In this document: one piece after another, positions 9,517 through 18,516 of the stretch
Numbering within the stretch: the first letter of the stretch is position 1
Layout of the letters: each line of letters opens with the position of its first letter
Assembly (NCBI GenBank): GCA_965199955.1
Contig: CBDATQ010000001.1
Location: 320,001-384,000, forward strand
Direction of reading: 5' to 3'
Length of the DNA stretch: 64,000 bases
Source: Spirochaetia bacterium
GTDB taxonomy: Bacteria > Spirochaetota > Spirochaetia > SZUA-6 > Bin103
Made by a program: the position numbers and the translations under genes
Notes under the pieces: generated by a model
Told to the model about the DNA's origin: nothing
What the model saw: the letters and a program-made list of their open reading frames with translations, nothing else
Database searches by the model: none

Positions 9517-10531
9517 CGGGCTCCCCCGGCGGCTGGAAACCGCCCACGGAGCATTGCGGCTGCCGGCGTTCCTGCCCGACGCGACCCGCGGCGTGGTGCG
9601 CACGCTGGCGCCCGACGACCTGGAAGCCGCGGGGGTAACGGCGCTCATGGTCAACTGCCTGCACCTGGCGCGGGCGCCGGGGACGCAGACGATCGCCCGT
9701 GTCGGCGGACTGCACGCCTTCATGGGCTGGCGCGGCCCGCTGGCGGCCGACTCGGGCGGGTTCCAGGCGTTGTCCATGGCGGGCGTGCGAGTCACCGACC
9801 GGGGATTGAGCGTCACCGGCCGAGGGTCGGGCCGGCTGCACCTGACGCCGGAACGGGCGGTGCGCCGGCAGCTTCAGCTCGGCGTCGACATCGCCTTCTG
9901 CCTCGATCACTGTCCGCGGCCGGACGCCAACTACGCCGCGCACCGGCAGAGCGTGCGGCACACGGTACTCTGGTCCGCCGCGTGCCGGCGCGAGCTGGCG
10001 CGCGCCGCGGAGGCCGGGGCCGCCGTCCCCTTGCTGTTCGCGGTCGTGCAGGGCGGCCCGCACCGCGACCTGCGGGCCGGCTGCGTGGAGGAACTGCTGG
10101 CGCTCGGGTTCGACGGGCTGGGCTTCGGCGGCTGGCCGATCACGGACGGCCGGCTGGACGACATGGTGCGCGCGGTGGCCGAGCTGGCCCCCGCCGAGGT
10201 GCCGCTGCACGGCCTGGGGATCGGCAGCCTGGGCGCGCTGCGCGAAGCCGCGGCCGCCGGTTACCGGCTGTTCGACTGCGTGCTGCCGACGCGCGATGCC
10301 CGCCACGGCCGCCTGTACGACGACGGCGGCGGGTCGGTGTCGATCCGGGACGAGCGGTTCGCGCGGCGGCAGGAAGCGGCGGTGGAAGGCTGCGACTGCA
10401 CGGCGTGCCGGACGTATCCCGCCGCCTACCTGCACCACCTGTTTCGCATCGGCGACGCGCTCGGTCCCCGCCTCGCTTCCATCCACAACCTGCGGGTCTA
10501 CAGCCGCGTGGTCGGCGCCGTGGCGAAATGA
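9479..10531 (+). CDS. tgt: tRNA-guanine transglycosylase (TGT) family protein, atypical; start uncertain (9464 or TTG 9479)
   Basis: DSGGFQ, LDHCP, VVQGG, HGLGIG, FDCVLPTRDARHG, Zn motif CDCTAC..HNL. Confidence 0.85.
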   Translation: MSSPATTGGSSADGLPRRLETAHGALRLPAFLPDATRGVVRTLAPDDLEAAGVTALMVNCLHLARAPGTQTIARVGGLHAFMGWRGPLAADSGGFQALSMAGVRVTDRGLSVTGRGSGRLHLTPERAVRRQLQLGVDIAFCLDHCPRPDANYAAHRQSVRHTVLWSAACRRELARAAEAGAAVPLLFAVVQGGPHRDLRAGCVEELLALGFDGLGFGGWPITDGRLDDMVRAVAELAPAEVPLHGLGIGSLGALREAAAAGYRLFDCVLPTRDARHGRLYDDGGGSVSIRDERFARRQEAAVEGCDCTACRTYPAAYLHHLFRIGDALGPRLASIHNLRVYSRVVGAVAK

Positions 10532-11367
10532 GCGGGGCGCATCCTTTCGCCGCGGAGCAGGAACTGCTCCGGGCGCTGCGGGCGACGCGCAAGTACGGAC
10601 GGGTGCAAGGAGAGGTGCTGGGCCGCGTGGCCCGCCGTTCGCTGGCCACCCACGGGCGCCGCGATGCCCTGAAGGCGGCCAAGCGTGCCCTGCACGAGCT
10701 TGCCGGCGCCTTCCTGGACGCGGACTCCTGCCGCCGCGCGGAGCGGCTGGTGCGGTCGATGGAGGACGCCGGCGCCGAGGAAGGTCGGCGGGTGTGCCGT
10801 GCCGTGCTGGGGCTGCACGCTTCCAGCGCCGAGCGGCTGCCGGTGATCGAGGAGCTGTACGAGCGCATCTGGCAGGCTGCCGCTGACGCTCGCGGCCTGC
10901 CGCGCGACACGCCGGTGCGGGTGCTCGACCTGGCATGCGGGCTCGGCCCGTTCGCGCTGCCGTGGATGGGGTTGGCGCCCGGCAGCAGCTACCGGGGCGT
11001 CGACGCGGACGGCCGTGTCGTCGACTTGGCGCGGGCGGCCCTGCCGCATCTGGAGGTGCACGCGTTGCGCGAGCCACCGGAGGTCGAGGTGGGCGACGTG
11101 CTGGAGCCTCCTGGGGCGCCGGGCGGGGACGACATGGTGCTGATGCTGAAGACCCTGCCGACCCTGGAGCGGCTGGAGCCGGGCGCGGGCGTCGACCTGG
11201 TGCGCCGCACCGCCGCGCCGGTGGTGGTGATCTCCACCGCGACCGGCAGCCTGGGAGGCCGGCGCCACCTGCGCCACGACGAGCTGATCGAGCGGACGCT
11301 GGCTGCCAGCGGCCGCCGCGCCGCTCGCTTCGAGATGGCGGGCGAGGCCGTGGCGGTGACGTGGTAG
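10528..11367 (+). CDS. 16S rRNA m7G1405 methyltransferase-like protein (FmrO/Sgm/ArmA/Rmt family)
   Basis: KRALHELAGAF, HASSAERLP, VLDLACGLGP, LMLKTLPTLE, SLGGR; ATGA overlap with tgt. Confidence 0.85.
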   Translation: MSGAHPFAAEQELLRALRATRKYGRVQGEVLGRVARRSLATHGRRDALKAAKRALHELAGAFLDADSCRRAERLVRSMEDAGAEEGRRVCRAVLGLHASSAERLPVIEELYERIWQAAADARGLPRDTPVRVLDLACGLGPFALPWMGLAPGSSYRGVDADGRVVDLARAALPHLEVHALREPPEVEVGDVLEPPGAPGGDDMVLMLKTLPTLERLEPGAGVDLVRRTAAPVVVISTATGSLGGRRHLRHDELIERTLAASGRRAARFEMAGEAVAVTW

Positions 11368-11369
11368 CG

Positions 11370-12821
11370 CTACTTCCGCCAGAACGCGGGCGTGAGCAGC
11401 ACCACCACGCTGTAGAGCTCCAGCCGGCCGGTGAGCATGGCCAGGCAGAGGAACAGCTTCACGCCGACCGGATAGGCGGCGTAGCTCTCCGCCGGCCCGA
11501 TCGCCCCGAAGCCGGGGCCGATGTTGCCGACGGTGGACAGCGCGGTCGAGAACGACGACAGCAGGTCGGTGCCGGCTGCCGCGACCACCAGCATGGTGAC
11601 GATCAGGATCGCGATGTACAGAAAGAAGAAGGTGACGATCGGATGGATGATGTCCTTCTTCAGCGGGCGCGCCGTCACCCGGGTCAGGAACACGCCGCGC
11701 GGGTGAATGAGGTAGCGCAGCTCGTTGGCCGCCAGCTTGAAGAGGGTGATGATGCGCACCACCTTGATGCCGCCGGCGGTGGAGCCGGCACAGCCGCCCA
11801 CGAACATCAGCGCCATCAGCACCGCTTTCGCGAACTCCGGCCAGCCGCCGTAGTCCGCGGTGGTAAAGCCGGTGGTGGTCAGGATGGAGACCACCTGGAA
11901 GGAGCCGTACCGCAGGCTTTCGATGGCCGAGTCGTAGACGCGCCCGTACAGGGTCAGCGTCACGACCAGGACGGCTGCCGCGGCGATCGCCAGGTAGACG
12001 CGGAACTCCACGTTGGACACCAGCACGCGCAGGCCGCCGCGCCCGAGCCGGAAGTACAGGGAGAAGTTCACGCCGGCGGCCAGCATGAAGACGATGACCA
12101 CGAGGTCGACCCACCCGGACTGGAAGCTGCCGATGCTGTCGTTGCGGGGCGAGAACCCGCCGATCGCCACCGTGCTGAAGGTGTGCATCACGGCGTCCAG
12201 TGGCCGCATGCCCGCCAGCATCAGCAGGGCCACCTCCAGCGCGGACATGCCCACGTACATCAGCCACAGGATCTTGGCCGTCTGGGCGATGCGCGGCGTG
12301 AGCTTGTCGACGGTCGGACCCGGCGCCTCGCTGCGCAGCACCTTCAGCCCGCCGATCCCCATGCGCGGCAGGATCGCGACGGTGAGCACGACGATCCCCA
12401 TGCCGCCCAGCCACTGCATCAGCGAGCGCCAGAACAGGATGGAGCGCGGCAGCGCCTCGATGTCGGTCAGGATCGTCGCGCCGGTGGTGGTGAAGCCGGA
12501 CATCGCCTCGAAGAAGGCGTCGGCATAGTCGGGGATCGCGCCGGAGAGCACGAACGGCAGCGATCCCGACATCGACACGCTGATCCAGCTCAGCGTCACG
12601 AACAGGAACCCCTCGCGTGTCAGCAGCACTTCCCGCGCCACGTGCCGGAGGCCTGCCAGCAGGGTCGCCGAGAGCAGCCCGACGAACGCGGCCGGCACCA
12701 GGAAGGCGGCGACGTGCTCGGGCTCGCCGAGCGCCAGCGCGAGCAGCGCACAGCCGGCCATGCAGCCGACGATCACCAGTTGCAGCGCCGCGACCGTCTT
12801 GAGGATGGAGCGGACGTTCAA
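11370..12821 (-). CDS. trkH: Trk potassium uptake membrane protein
   Basis: [48 protein letters not shown]. Confidence 0.95.
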   Translation of the reverse strand: MNVRSILKTVAALQLVIVGCMAGCALLALALGEPEHVAAFLVPAAFVGLLSATLLAGLRHVAREVLLTREGFLFVTLSWISVSMSGSLPFVLSGAIPDYADAFFEAMSGFTTTGATILTDIEALPRSILFWRSLMQWLGGMGIVVLTVAILPRMGIGGLKVLRSEAPGPTVDKLTPRIAQTAKILWLMYVGMSALEVALLMLAGMRPLDAVMHTFSTVAIGGFSPRNDSIGSFQSGWVDLVVIVFMLAAGVNFSLYFRLGRGGLRVLVSNVEFRVYLAIAAAAVLVVTLTLYGRVYDSAIESLRYGSFQVVSILTTTGFTTADYGGWPEFAKAVLMALMFVGGCAGSTAGGIKVVRIITLFKLAANELRYLIHPRGVFLTRVTARPLKKDIIHPIVTFFFLYIAILIVTMLVVAAAGTDLLSSFSTALSTVGNIGPGFGAIGPAESYAAYPVGVKLFLCLAMLTGRLELYSVVVLLTPAFWRK

Positions 12822-14215
12822 GAATCGAAGAGCTCTTCCACCCGGCCGATCGCGTCGGTGCGGGCGATGATGGTCAGCCGGTCGGCGTCCTGCACGACCA
12901 GGTCGCCGACCGGCAGCAGGGTCTCGCCGTCGCGGCGCACGGAGACGATCAGCGACTCTTCCGGCAGGTTCAGTTCCTGGATCCGCCGGCCGGCCATGCG
13001 GGACGCATCCTCGACGGTGCTCTCGATCACCTCGGCCTGGCCGCCGAACAGGCTGGCGACGCTGCGCACCCTCCCGCGGCGGACGATCCTGAGCACGGCG
13101 CTGACCACGCTGTTCTTGGGACTGATGATCACGTCCACGCCCAGGCGGTTGGCCAGCGTCAGGTAGTTGTACCGGTTCACCAGCGCGATCGAGCGCTTGA
13201 TGCCGTAGGTCTTGGCGTAGATCGCCGTCAGGATGTTGAGCTCCTGGTTGGCGGTGGTGGTGATGATCAGGTCATGGTCCTTGAGGGACTCCTCCTCGAA
13301 GAATCCCTCATCGGAGATGTCGCTGTTGATCACGATCGCGCCCGGAAAGCGGTCCGCCAGGGCCTTGCTCCTGGCCGTGTCGCTCTCGATGATCTTCAGC
13401 CGCCGCCTGCGCGCGAAGGCGCGCAGCAACCGCAGCCGCCCCCCTCGCTCGCGGCTTTCGATCAGAGACTCGGCGACGAAGCTGCCGACGCGTCCGCCGC
13501 CGACCAGGATGACCTGGCGCATCCGCAGCTTCGGCCGGCCGGCGCGGTCGAAGAGCTGGTCCAGCACCTCTTCGGACGCGCTGAGGTACAGCTCGTCCCC
13601 CTCGCGGACCCGCGTGTCGCCGCGCGGCAGGTAGAACCGTTCGCCGCGCAGCAGCCCGCACACCAGGAACTCCAGCGGCAGCTCGGCGCGCGCCTGCGCG
13701 ATGGTGCGGTCGCAGAAGGCGGAGTCGCCCATGATCGGCAGCACGCGCATCTCGATGTCGGTGTCCCCGAGGGTCACGACTTCGCTGGTGGCGCCGTGCT
13801 CGACGGTCTGCACGATGGCGCGCCCCGCCTCGATCTCGGGATTGACGATGTAGTCGATGTCCAGCATCGACCCGTCGAACAGGTGCGACCGGGCGTGGTA
13901 CTGCTGGTTGCGGACGCGCGCGATCTTGAAGGGGACGGAGAACTCGCGCGACGCCAGCCCGCAGGCCACCATGTTGAACTCGTCCGAATCGGTCAGGGCG
14001 ATGAAGAACTCCGCGTCCTGGATCCCCGCCCGGCGGAGCAGGCGCAGGTCGTTGCCGGCTCCGGTGATGACCATGCAGTCCAGGTGGTTGAGCGCGTACT
14101 TGGCGGTATCGGCGTTGCGCTCGACCAGGGTGACGTCCTGGTTGTCCGCGATGAGCTGCCTGGCGAGCTGGAAGCCGGTGCTGCCGGCCCCGACCACGAC
14201 GATCTTCCGCGGCAT
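12818..14215 (-). CDS. trkA: Trk potassium transport NAD-binding subunit
   Basis: Two RCK_N (GAGSTG, GGGRVG) and RCK_C domain pairs; overlaps trkH start. Confidence 0.92.
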   Translation of the reverse strand: MPRKIVVVGAGSTGFQLARQLIADNQDVTLVERNADTAKYALNHLDCMVITGAGNDLRLLRRAGIQDAEFFIALTDSDEFNMVACGLASREFSVPFKIARVRNQQYHARSHLFDGSMLDIDYIVNPEIEAGRAIVQTVEHGATSEVVTLGDTDIEMRVLPIMGDSAFCDRTIAQARAELPLEFLVCGLLRGERFYLPRGDTRVREGDELYLSASEEVLDQLFDRAGRPKLRMRQVILVGGGRVGSFVAESLIESRERGGRLRLLRAFARRRRLKIIESDTARSKALADRFPGAIVINSDISDEGFFEEESLKDHDLIITTTANQELNILTAIYAKTYGIKRSIALVNRYNYLTLANRLGVDVIISPKNSVVSAVLRIVRRGRVRSVASLFGGQAEVIESTVEDASRMAGRRIQELNLPEESLIVSVRRDGETLLPVGDLVVQDADRLTIIARTDAIGRVEELFDS

Positions 14216-14261
14216 CGTCCGGATGCTACCACCGACGGGAGGGCTTTATAATCGGCGGCAT

Positions 14262-15326
14262 ATGAGTCAGAAACCAAGCTACCGAATCGCCGTGTACCCC
14301 GGCGACGGCATCGGCCGGGAGGTCACGCCGCTGGCCTTCGACGTGCTGAATCAGGCCATTGACGGCCAGATCGAGCTCGACTGCACGGAGGTTCCGTGGG
14401 GGGTTGACTACTACCTGGAGCACGGTTCGCCCACCCCGCCGGACTACATCGACCAGCTCCGTCCCTTCGACGCCATCTACCTCGGCGCGGTGGGGGCACC
14501 GGGCCAGATGCCGGATCCGGTCTCGCTGGAGCCGCCGGTGCGGATCCGCCAGGCGTTCGACCAGTACGCCTGCTTGCGGCCGGCGCTGTTGCTGGACGGG
14601 GTGCAGAGCCCCCTCGCCGGCATGGAGCCGCGGGCGATCGACCTGCTGGTGGTGCGCGAGAACTCCGAGGGGGAGTACGTCAACCAGGGCGGGCGCTTCC
14701 GCCGCGGGGAGCCGGACGAGATCGCCGTGCAGTCGGCCATCCACACCCGCGCAGGCGTGACCCGCATCCTCCGCTTCGCGCTGGAGCAGGCGCGCGCCCG
14801 CCGCCGGCACCTCACCATGGTGACCAAGTCCAACGCCCAGAAGTACAGCTTCGTGCTGTGGGAGGAGGTGCTGGAGGAGCTCATCCCCGAGTACCCGGAC
14901 GTCCGCACCGACCGGCTGTACGTCGACGCCGCGGCGATGGACCTGGTGCGCCGCCCGCGCGACTTCGACGTGATCGTCTCCTCCAACCTGTTCGGGGACA
15001 TCCTGTCGGACCTTGCGGCGATGGTGGTCGGCGGCCTGGGCATGGCGCCGAGCGCCAACATCCGTCCCGACCGCGGCGCCCCGTCGATGTTCGAGCCCGT
15101 GCACGGCTCGGCGCCGGACATCGCCGGCAAGGGGATCGCCAATCCCACGGCCGCCATCCTGAGCGCGGCGATGATGATCGAGTGGCTCGGACACGCCGAG
15201 CCGGCCGAGCGCATGCGCGCCGCGTGCGAGCGGGCGCTGGCCGGCGGTGCCGGGACGCCGGACATCGGCGGCGCGCTGTCGAGCGAGCGGTTCGCGGAGC
15301 GGGTGACCGAGCGGCTGGCCGGCTGA
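14262..15326 (+). CDS. Tartrate/isopropylmalate dehydrogenase family beta-decarboxylating dehydrogenase
   Basis: PGDGIGREV, VRENSEGEY, TKSNA, SNLFGDILSDL, MFEPVHGSAPDIAG. Confidence 0.9.
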   Translation: MSQKPSYRIAVYPGDGIGREVTPLAFDVLNQAIDGQIELDCTEVPWGVDYYLEHGSPTPPDYIDQLRPFDAIYLGAVGAPGQMPDPVSLEPPVRIRQAFDQYACLRPALLLDGVQSPLAGMEPRAIDLLVVRENSEGEYVNQGGRFRRGEPDEIAVQSAIHTRAGVTRILRFALEQARARRRHLTMVTKSNAQKYSFVLWEEVLEELIPEYPDVRTDRLYVDAAAMDLVRRPRDFDVIVSSNLFGDILSDLAAMVVGGLGMAPSANIRPDRGAPSMFEPVHGSAPDIAGKGIANPTAAILSAAMMIEWLGHAEPAERMRAACERALAGGAGTPDIGGALSSERFAERVTERLAG

Positions 15327-15339
15327 GCGGGCAGCGCGC

Positions 15340-15882
15340 ATGGCCGGCGAGCTGGAGCGCCTGCGCGCCGAGCTGGCCGAAGCGCGCCGTCTGGCGCGGC
15401 TGGACCCGCTGACGCGGGCGTGGAGCCGGCGCGCCGCCGTCGAGTTGCTGCACGGCGAGTTGGAGCGCGCACGGCGGGAACGCAGCCGCGTGGCCGTGCT
15501 GTTCATCGACCTTGACCGCTTCAAGCGGATCAACGACCGCCACGGCCATGCCGCCGGCGACGCGGTGCTGTGCGAGGCGGCCGCGCGCATGCGCGCGGTG
15601 CTCCGGCCCTACGATGCGGTCTGCCGCTACGGCGGCGACGAGTTCGTGGTGGTCATCGCCGGAACGGGCGCGGAGCGCGGCGCGGCGCGGGCGGCCGCCG
15701 CCATCGCCTCCGGCCTGCGGGAGCGGCCGATCGCCACTCCGGCGGGTGAGGTGCGCGTGACCGCAAGCATCGGCGTGGCGGTTGCGTCCGCCGGCGCCCG
15801 CGACCCGGAACGCCTGATCGCCGACGCCGATCGCGCGATGTACGCTGCCAAGAGCGCCGGCGGCGATGCCGTACGGGGATGA
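15340..15882 (+). CDS. Stand-alone diguanylate cyclase (GGDEF)
   Basis: DPLT, DLDRFKRIND..GH..GD, RPYD I-site, RYGGDEF, AD.AMY.AK. Confidence 0.9.
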   Translation: MAGELERLRAELAEARRLARLDPLTRAWSRRAAVELLHGELERARRERSRVAVLFIDLDRFKRINDRHGHAAGDAVLCEAAARMRAVLRPYDAVCRYGGDEFVVVIAGTGAERGAARAAAAIASGLRERPIATPAGEVRVTASIGVAVASAGARDPERLIADADRAMYAAKSAGGDAVRG

Positions 15883-15932
15883 CTCGCCCTCATGATGGAG
15901 GACGGTCGCGCGCCCGGCCGCAGGGCACCTGC

Positions 15933-17039
15933 TCAGCGCGCCAGCCAGGCGCTGAAGCGCTCGTTCATCTCGTCGCCGCGGTCGCTCCACCAGCGCCAGT
16001 CGTGGTGCAGCGCGCGCTCCATGTTGGCGGGCGCCGTCGGCAGGTGCGGCGCCATGTCCACTCCCGTCTCCTCGTGCTCGGTGGCCAGCGCGGCGCCGGA
16101 GCGGCGCACGGGTCCGTAGGAGATGTAGCGGCTCACCGCCGCCATCGACTCGGGTTTGCCGGCGAACGCGATGAACTGCCGTGCCTCTTCCAGGTTGGGG
16201 GCGCCGGCGACGATCACGAGCTGGCTGTTGTCCAGGATCTGCCCGTCCCAGACGATCACGAACGGCTGGTTCTCCCGCACCTGGGCGTTGAAGATGCGGC
16301 CGTTGTAGGCGGTGCTCATCACCACCTCGCCGTCGGCCAGCATCTGCGGCGGCTGTGCGCCGGCCTCCCACCACACGATCTGGTCCTTGATCGCGTCGAG
16401 CTTCCGGAACGCCCGATCCACGCCCTCCGGCGTGTCGAGCGTGGCGTACACCTCCTCCAGCGGCACGCCGTCGGCCAGTAGCGCCATCTCCAGGTTGTCG
16501 CTCGGCACGCGCCGCATGCCGCGCCGTCCCGGGAAGCGCTCCAGGTCGAAGAAGTCCTCGATCGTGGCCGGCCTGGCGTCCGGGAAGTGCTGCGGGTGGT
16601 AGGCGTAGATGGACGAGAAGAAGATGGTCCCCAACCCGCAGTCGGTGAGCGTCCCGGTGACGAAGTCCTCCTTCGCCGGCGTGCCGTCCGCCGCGGGCGG
16701 CAGGTCCTCGACGGCGATGAACTCCAGCAAACCCTCGTCACAGCCCAGTACGGCGTCGGCCACGTTCAGGTCGACCACGTCCCAGTGCACCTTCCCGGTC
16801 TCCACCTGCGCGCGGATCTGGGCGAGCCCGCCGTTGTAGTCCTCCAGCTTCACCTCGATCCCGGTGGCGGCCGTGAACGGTTCGTGATACGCCTGCTGGC
16901 TCGCACGGGCATACGACCCGCCGAAGGACACGACGGTCAGGGACTGCTCGGCCGCGGCCGGCAGGGCGGGTAGGAGAAGAGCGAGCAATGCCGTCCCCAC
17001 CGGGGAACGCTTCGCCGCCAGATTGGGAGTTCGCATCAT
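15933..17039 (-). CDS. ABC transporter substrate-binding protein, PotD/PotF-like (no permease or ATPase nearby)
   Basis: Signal peptide; VSFGGSY, WDVVD, FFDLERFPGRRG, LEMALLADGV, NGR. Confidence 0.88.
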   Translation of the reverse strand: MMRTPNLAAKRSPVGTALLALLLPALPAAAEQSLTVVSFGGSYARASQQAYHEPFTAATGIEVKLEDYNGGLAQIRAQVETGKVHWDVVDLNVADAVLGCDEGLLEFIAVEDLPPAADGTPAKEDFVTGTLTDCGLGTIFFSSIYAYHPQHFPDARPATIEDFFDLERFPGRRGMRRVPSDNLEMALLADGVPLEEVYATLDTPEGVDRAFRKLDAIKDQIVWWEAGAQPPQMLADGEVVMSTAYNGRIFNAQVRENQPFVIVWDGQILDNSQLVIVAGAPNLEEARQFIAFAGKPESMAAVSRYISYGPVRRSGAALATEHEETGVDMAPHLPTAPANMERALHHDWRWWSDRGDEMNERFSAWLAR

Positions 17040-17106
17040 GCCATCATCGCGTTGCCATGCTCGAAGTTCAAGTAACGGGGTGTGAGGAACGCCGAAACCG
17101 GCAGCC

Positions 17107-17124
17107 ATCGATCTCGAGATCGAT
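17107..17124. promoter_or_regulatory. Perfect 18-bp palindrome, candidate operator
   Basis: ATCGATCTCGAGATCGAT between the larA-family stop and the SBP start. Confidence 0.4.
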
Positions 17125-17132
17125 TCAGGTTT

Positions 17133-18395
17133 TCAATGCGCCAGATAGGCGATGGTGAGCGGACCCTGCGGGAGCACGCAGAGCCGGTCGGGATCGAGGT
17201 CCGCCAGCGTGGCCTCGACATCGCGGGTGGGGATGAGCAGAGCACCGCGAATCTCGTCGTCGCCGAGGCCGTCGCTGTAGACGTAGACATCCGCGTGGCG
17301 TTGGATCTGCGCCTGGATCTGCACCTGCCACTGGTCCTGGGCGGAGAAGCCGGGCCGGCGGAGCATCTCCATGATCGCGTCCGGCGAGCCGGCCTCGGCC
17401 AGCAGCTCGGCGTAGCGGCCGTGGCTCGGCAACCCGTCCGAGCATGCGGCCGCCATGATGATGGCGCCGCCCGACCGCACGATGCCGCGCGCCGCCTGCA
17501 TGCCCTTCACGGTCTGGTACAGGTTCTGGTCGAGCGGGTAGCCGCTGTTGGTGGTGACCACCGCGTCGAACGGTTCGTCCACGGCCACCATGGCGCTCCG
17601 GCGCACGAAGTCGCAGCCGCGCCGGTGGGCGGCCACCACGTCGCCGGCGAACACGCCGGTGATCCGGCCCTCCGTGTTGAGGGTGACGTTGAGCAGGAAC
17701 AGCGGCTCGACGAGCGCCGCCGCCTCCCGCATCTCCTCCCATATCGGGTTGCCGTCGGTGATCCCCCAGGTGGCGCGCGGGTCTCCGATCATGGCGTAGC
17801 CGTGGTTGGTGAGCACGCTCTCGCTGCCGGCCAGCGCCGGCAGGGCGCCCTTGGGGCCGCCGGAAAAGCCGGCGAAGAAGTGCGGCTCGATGAAGCCGGT
17901 GAAGATCACCAGGTCGGCCTCCATCACCGTGCGGTTCAGGCGGATGGCGTTGCCGCGGCCCGTGGCGCCGGCGGCGACCAGCTCCGCGTCGTCCCAGGCG
18001 TCGTGCTGCCGGCAGCGGTAGCGGTCGACGACCCCGTCGCCGAGCATCTGCCGCAGCTCCGCCTCCGTCTGCGGGCGGTGCGTGCCCAGGGCGTTGATCA
18101 GGGTGATGTCGCCGCGCGCCACCCCGGCGGCTTCCAGCGCCCGCAGCAGCACTGGCAGGATGCGGTCGTTGGGCGTGGCGCGGGTGATGTCCGAATGGGT
18201 CACCACCACCCGCCGCTTGCCCGCCGCCAGTTCGGCCAGGGGCGGCGAGCCGGTGGGCGAGGCCAGCGCAGCGTCGATCGCCGCCGCCTCGTCGGCCACC
18301 CCGTCCACGTGACGGGGCAGCACCACCTGCGCGCAGGCCGGCACCTCGATGGCGAGCCCGTTGCGGCCGTACGCCAGATCGACCCGTTTCTTCAA
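17133..18395 (-). CDS. larA: Nickel-pincer (NPN)-dependent lactate racemase LarA family
   Basis: SDITRATP, ALGTHR, EPHFFAGFSGGPK, GYPLDQNLYQTVKG, DQW; TTG start inferred. Confidence 0.88.
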   Translation of the reverse strand: MKKRVDLAYGRNGLAIEVPACAQVVLPRHVDGVADEAAAIDAALASPTGSPPLAELAAGKRRVVVTHSDITRATPNDRILPVLLRALEAAGVARGDITLINALGTHRPQTEAELRQMLGDGVVDRYRCRQHDAWDDAELVAAGATGRGNAIRLNRTVMEADLVIFTGFIEPHFFAGFSGGPKGALPALAGSESVLTNHGYAMIGDPRATWGITDGNPIWEEMREAAALVEPLFLLNVTLNTEGRITGVFAGDVVAAHRRGCDFVRRSAMVAVDEPFDAVVTTNSGYPLDQNLYQTVKGMQAARGIVRSGGAIIMAAACSDGLPSHGRYAELLAEAGSPDAIMEMLRRPGFSAQDQWQVQIQAQIQRHADVYVYSDGLGDDEIRGALLIPTRDVEATLADLDPDRLCVLPQGPLTIAYLAH

Positions 18396-18516
18396 CGCCG
18401 GAATCGTACCATCCGCGGCGACGGCGGACACGTGGAGGTGGGTGCGGTCGTCAGTGATAGCCGATGCATGACGGAATGGCGTGAGGATATGGCATGTAGG
18501 GTATGGTACGGATGAG

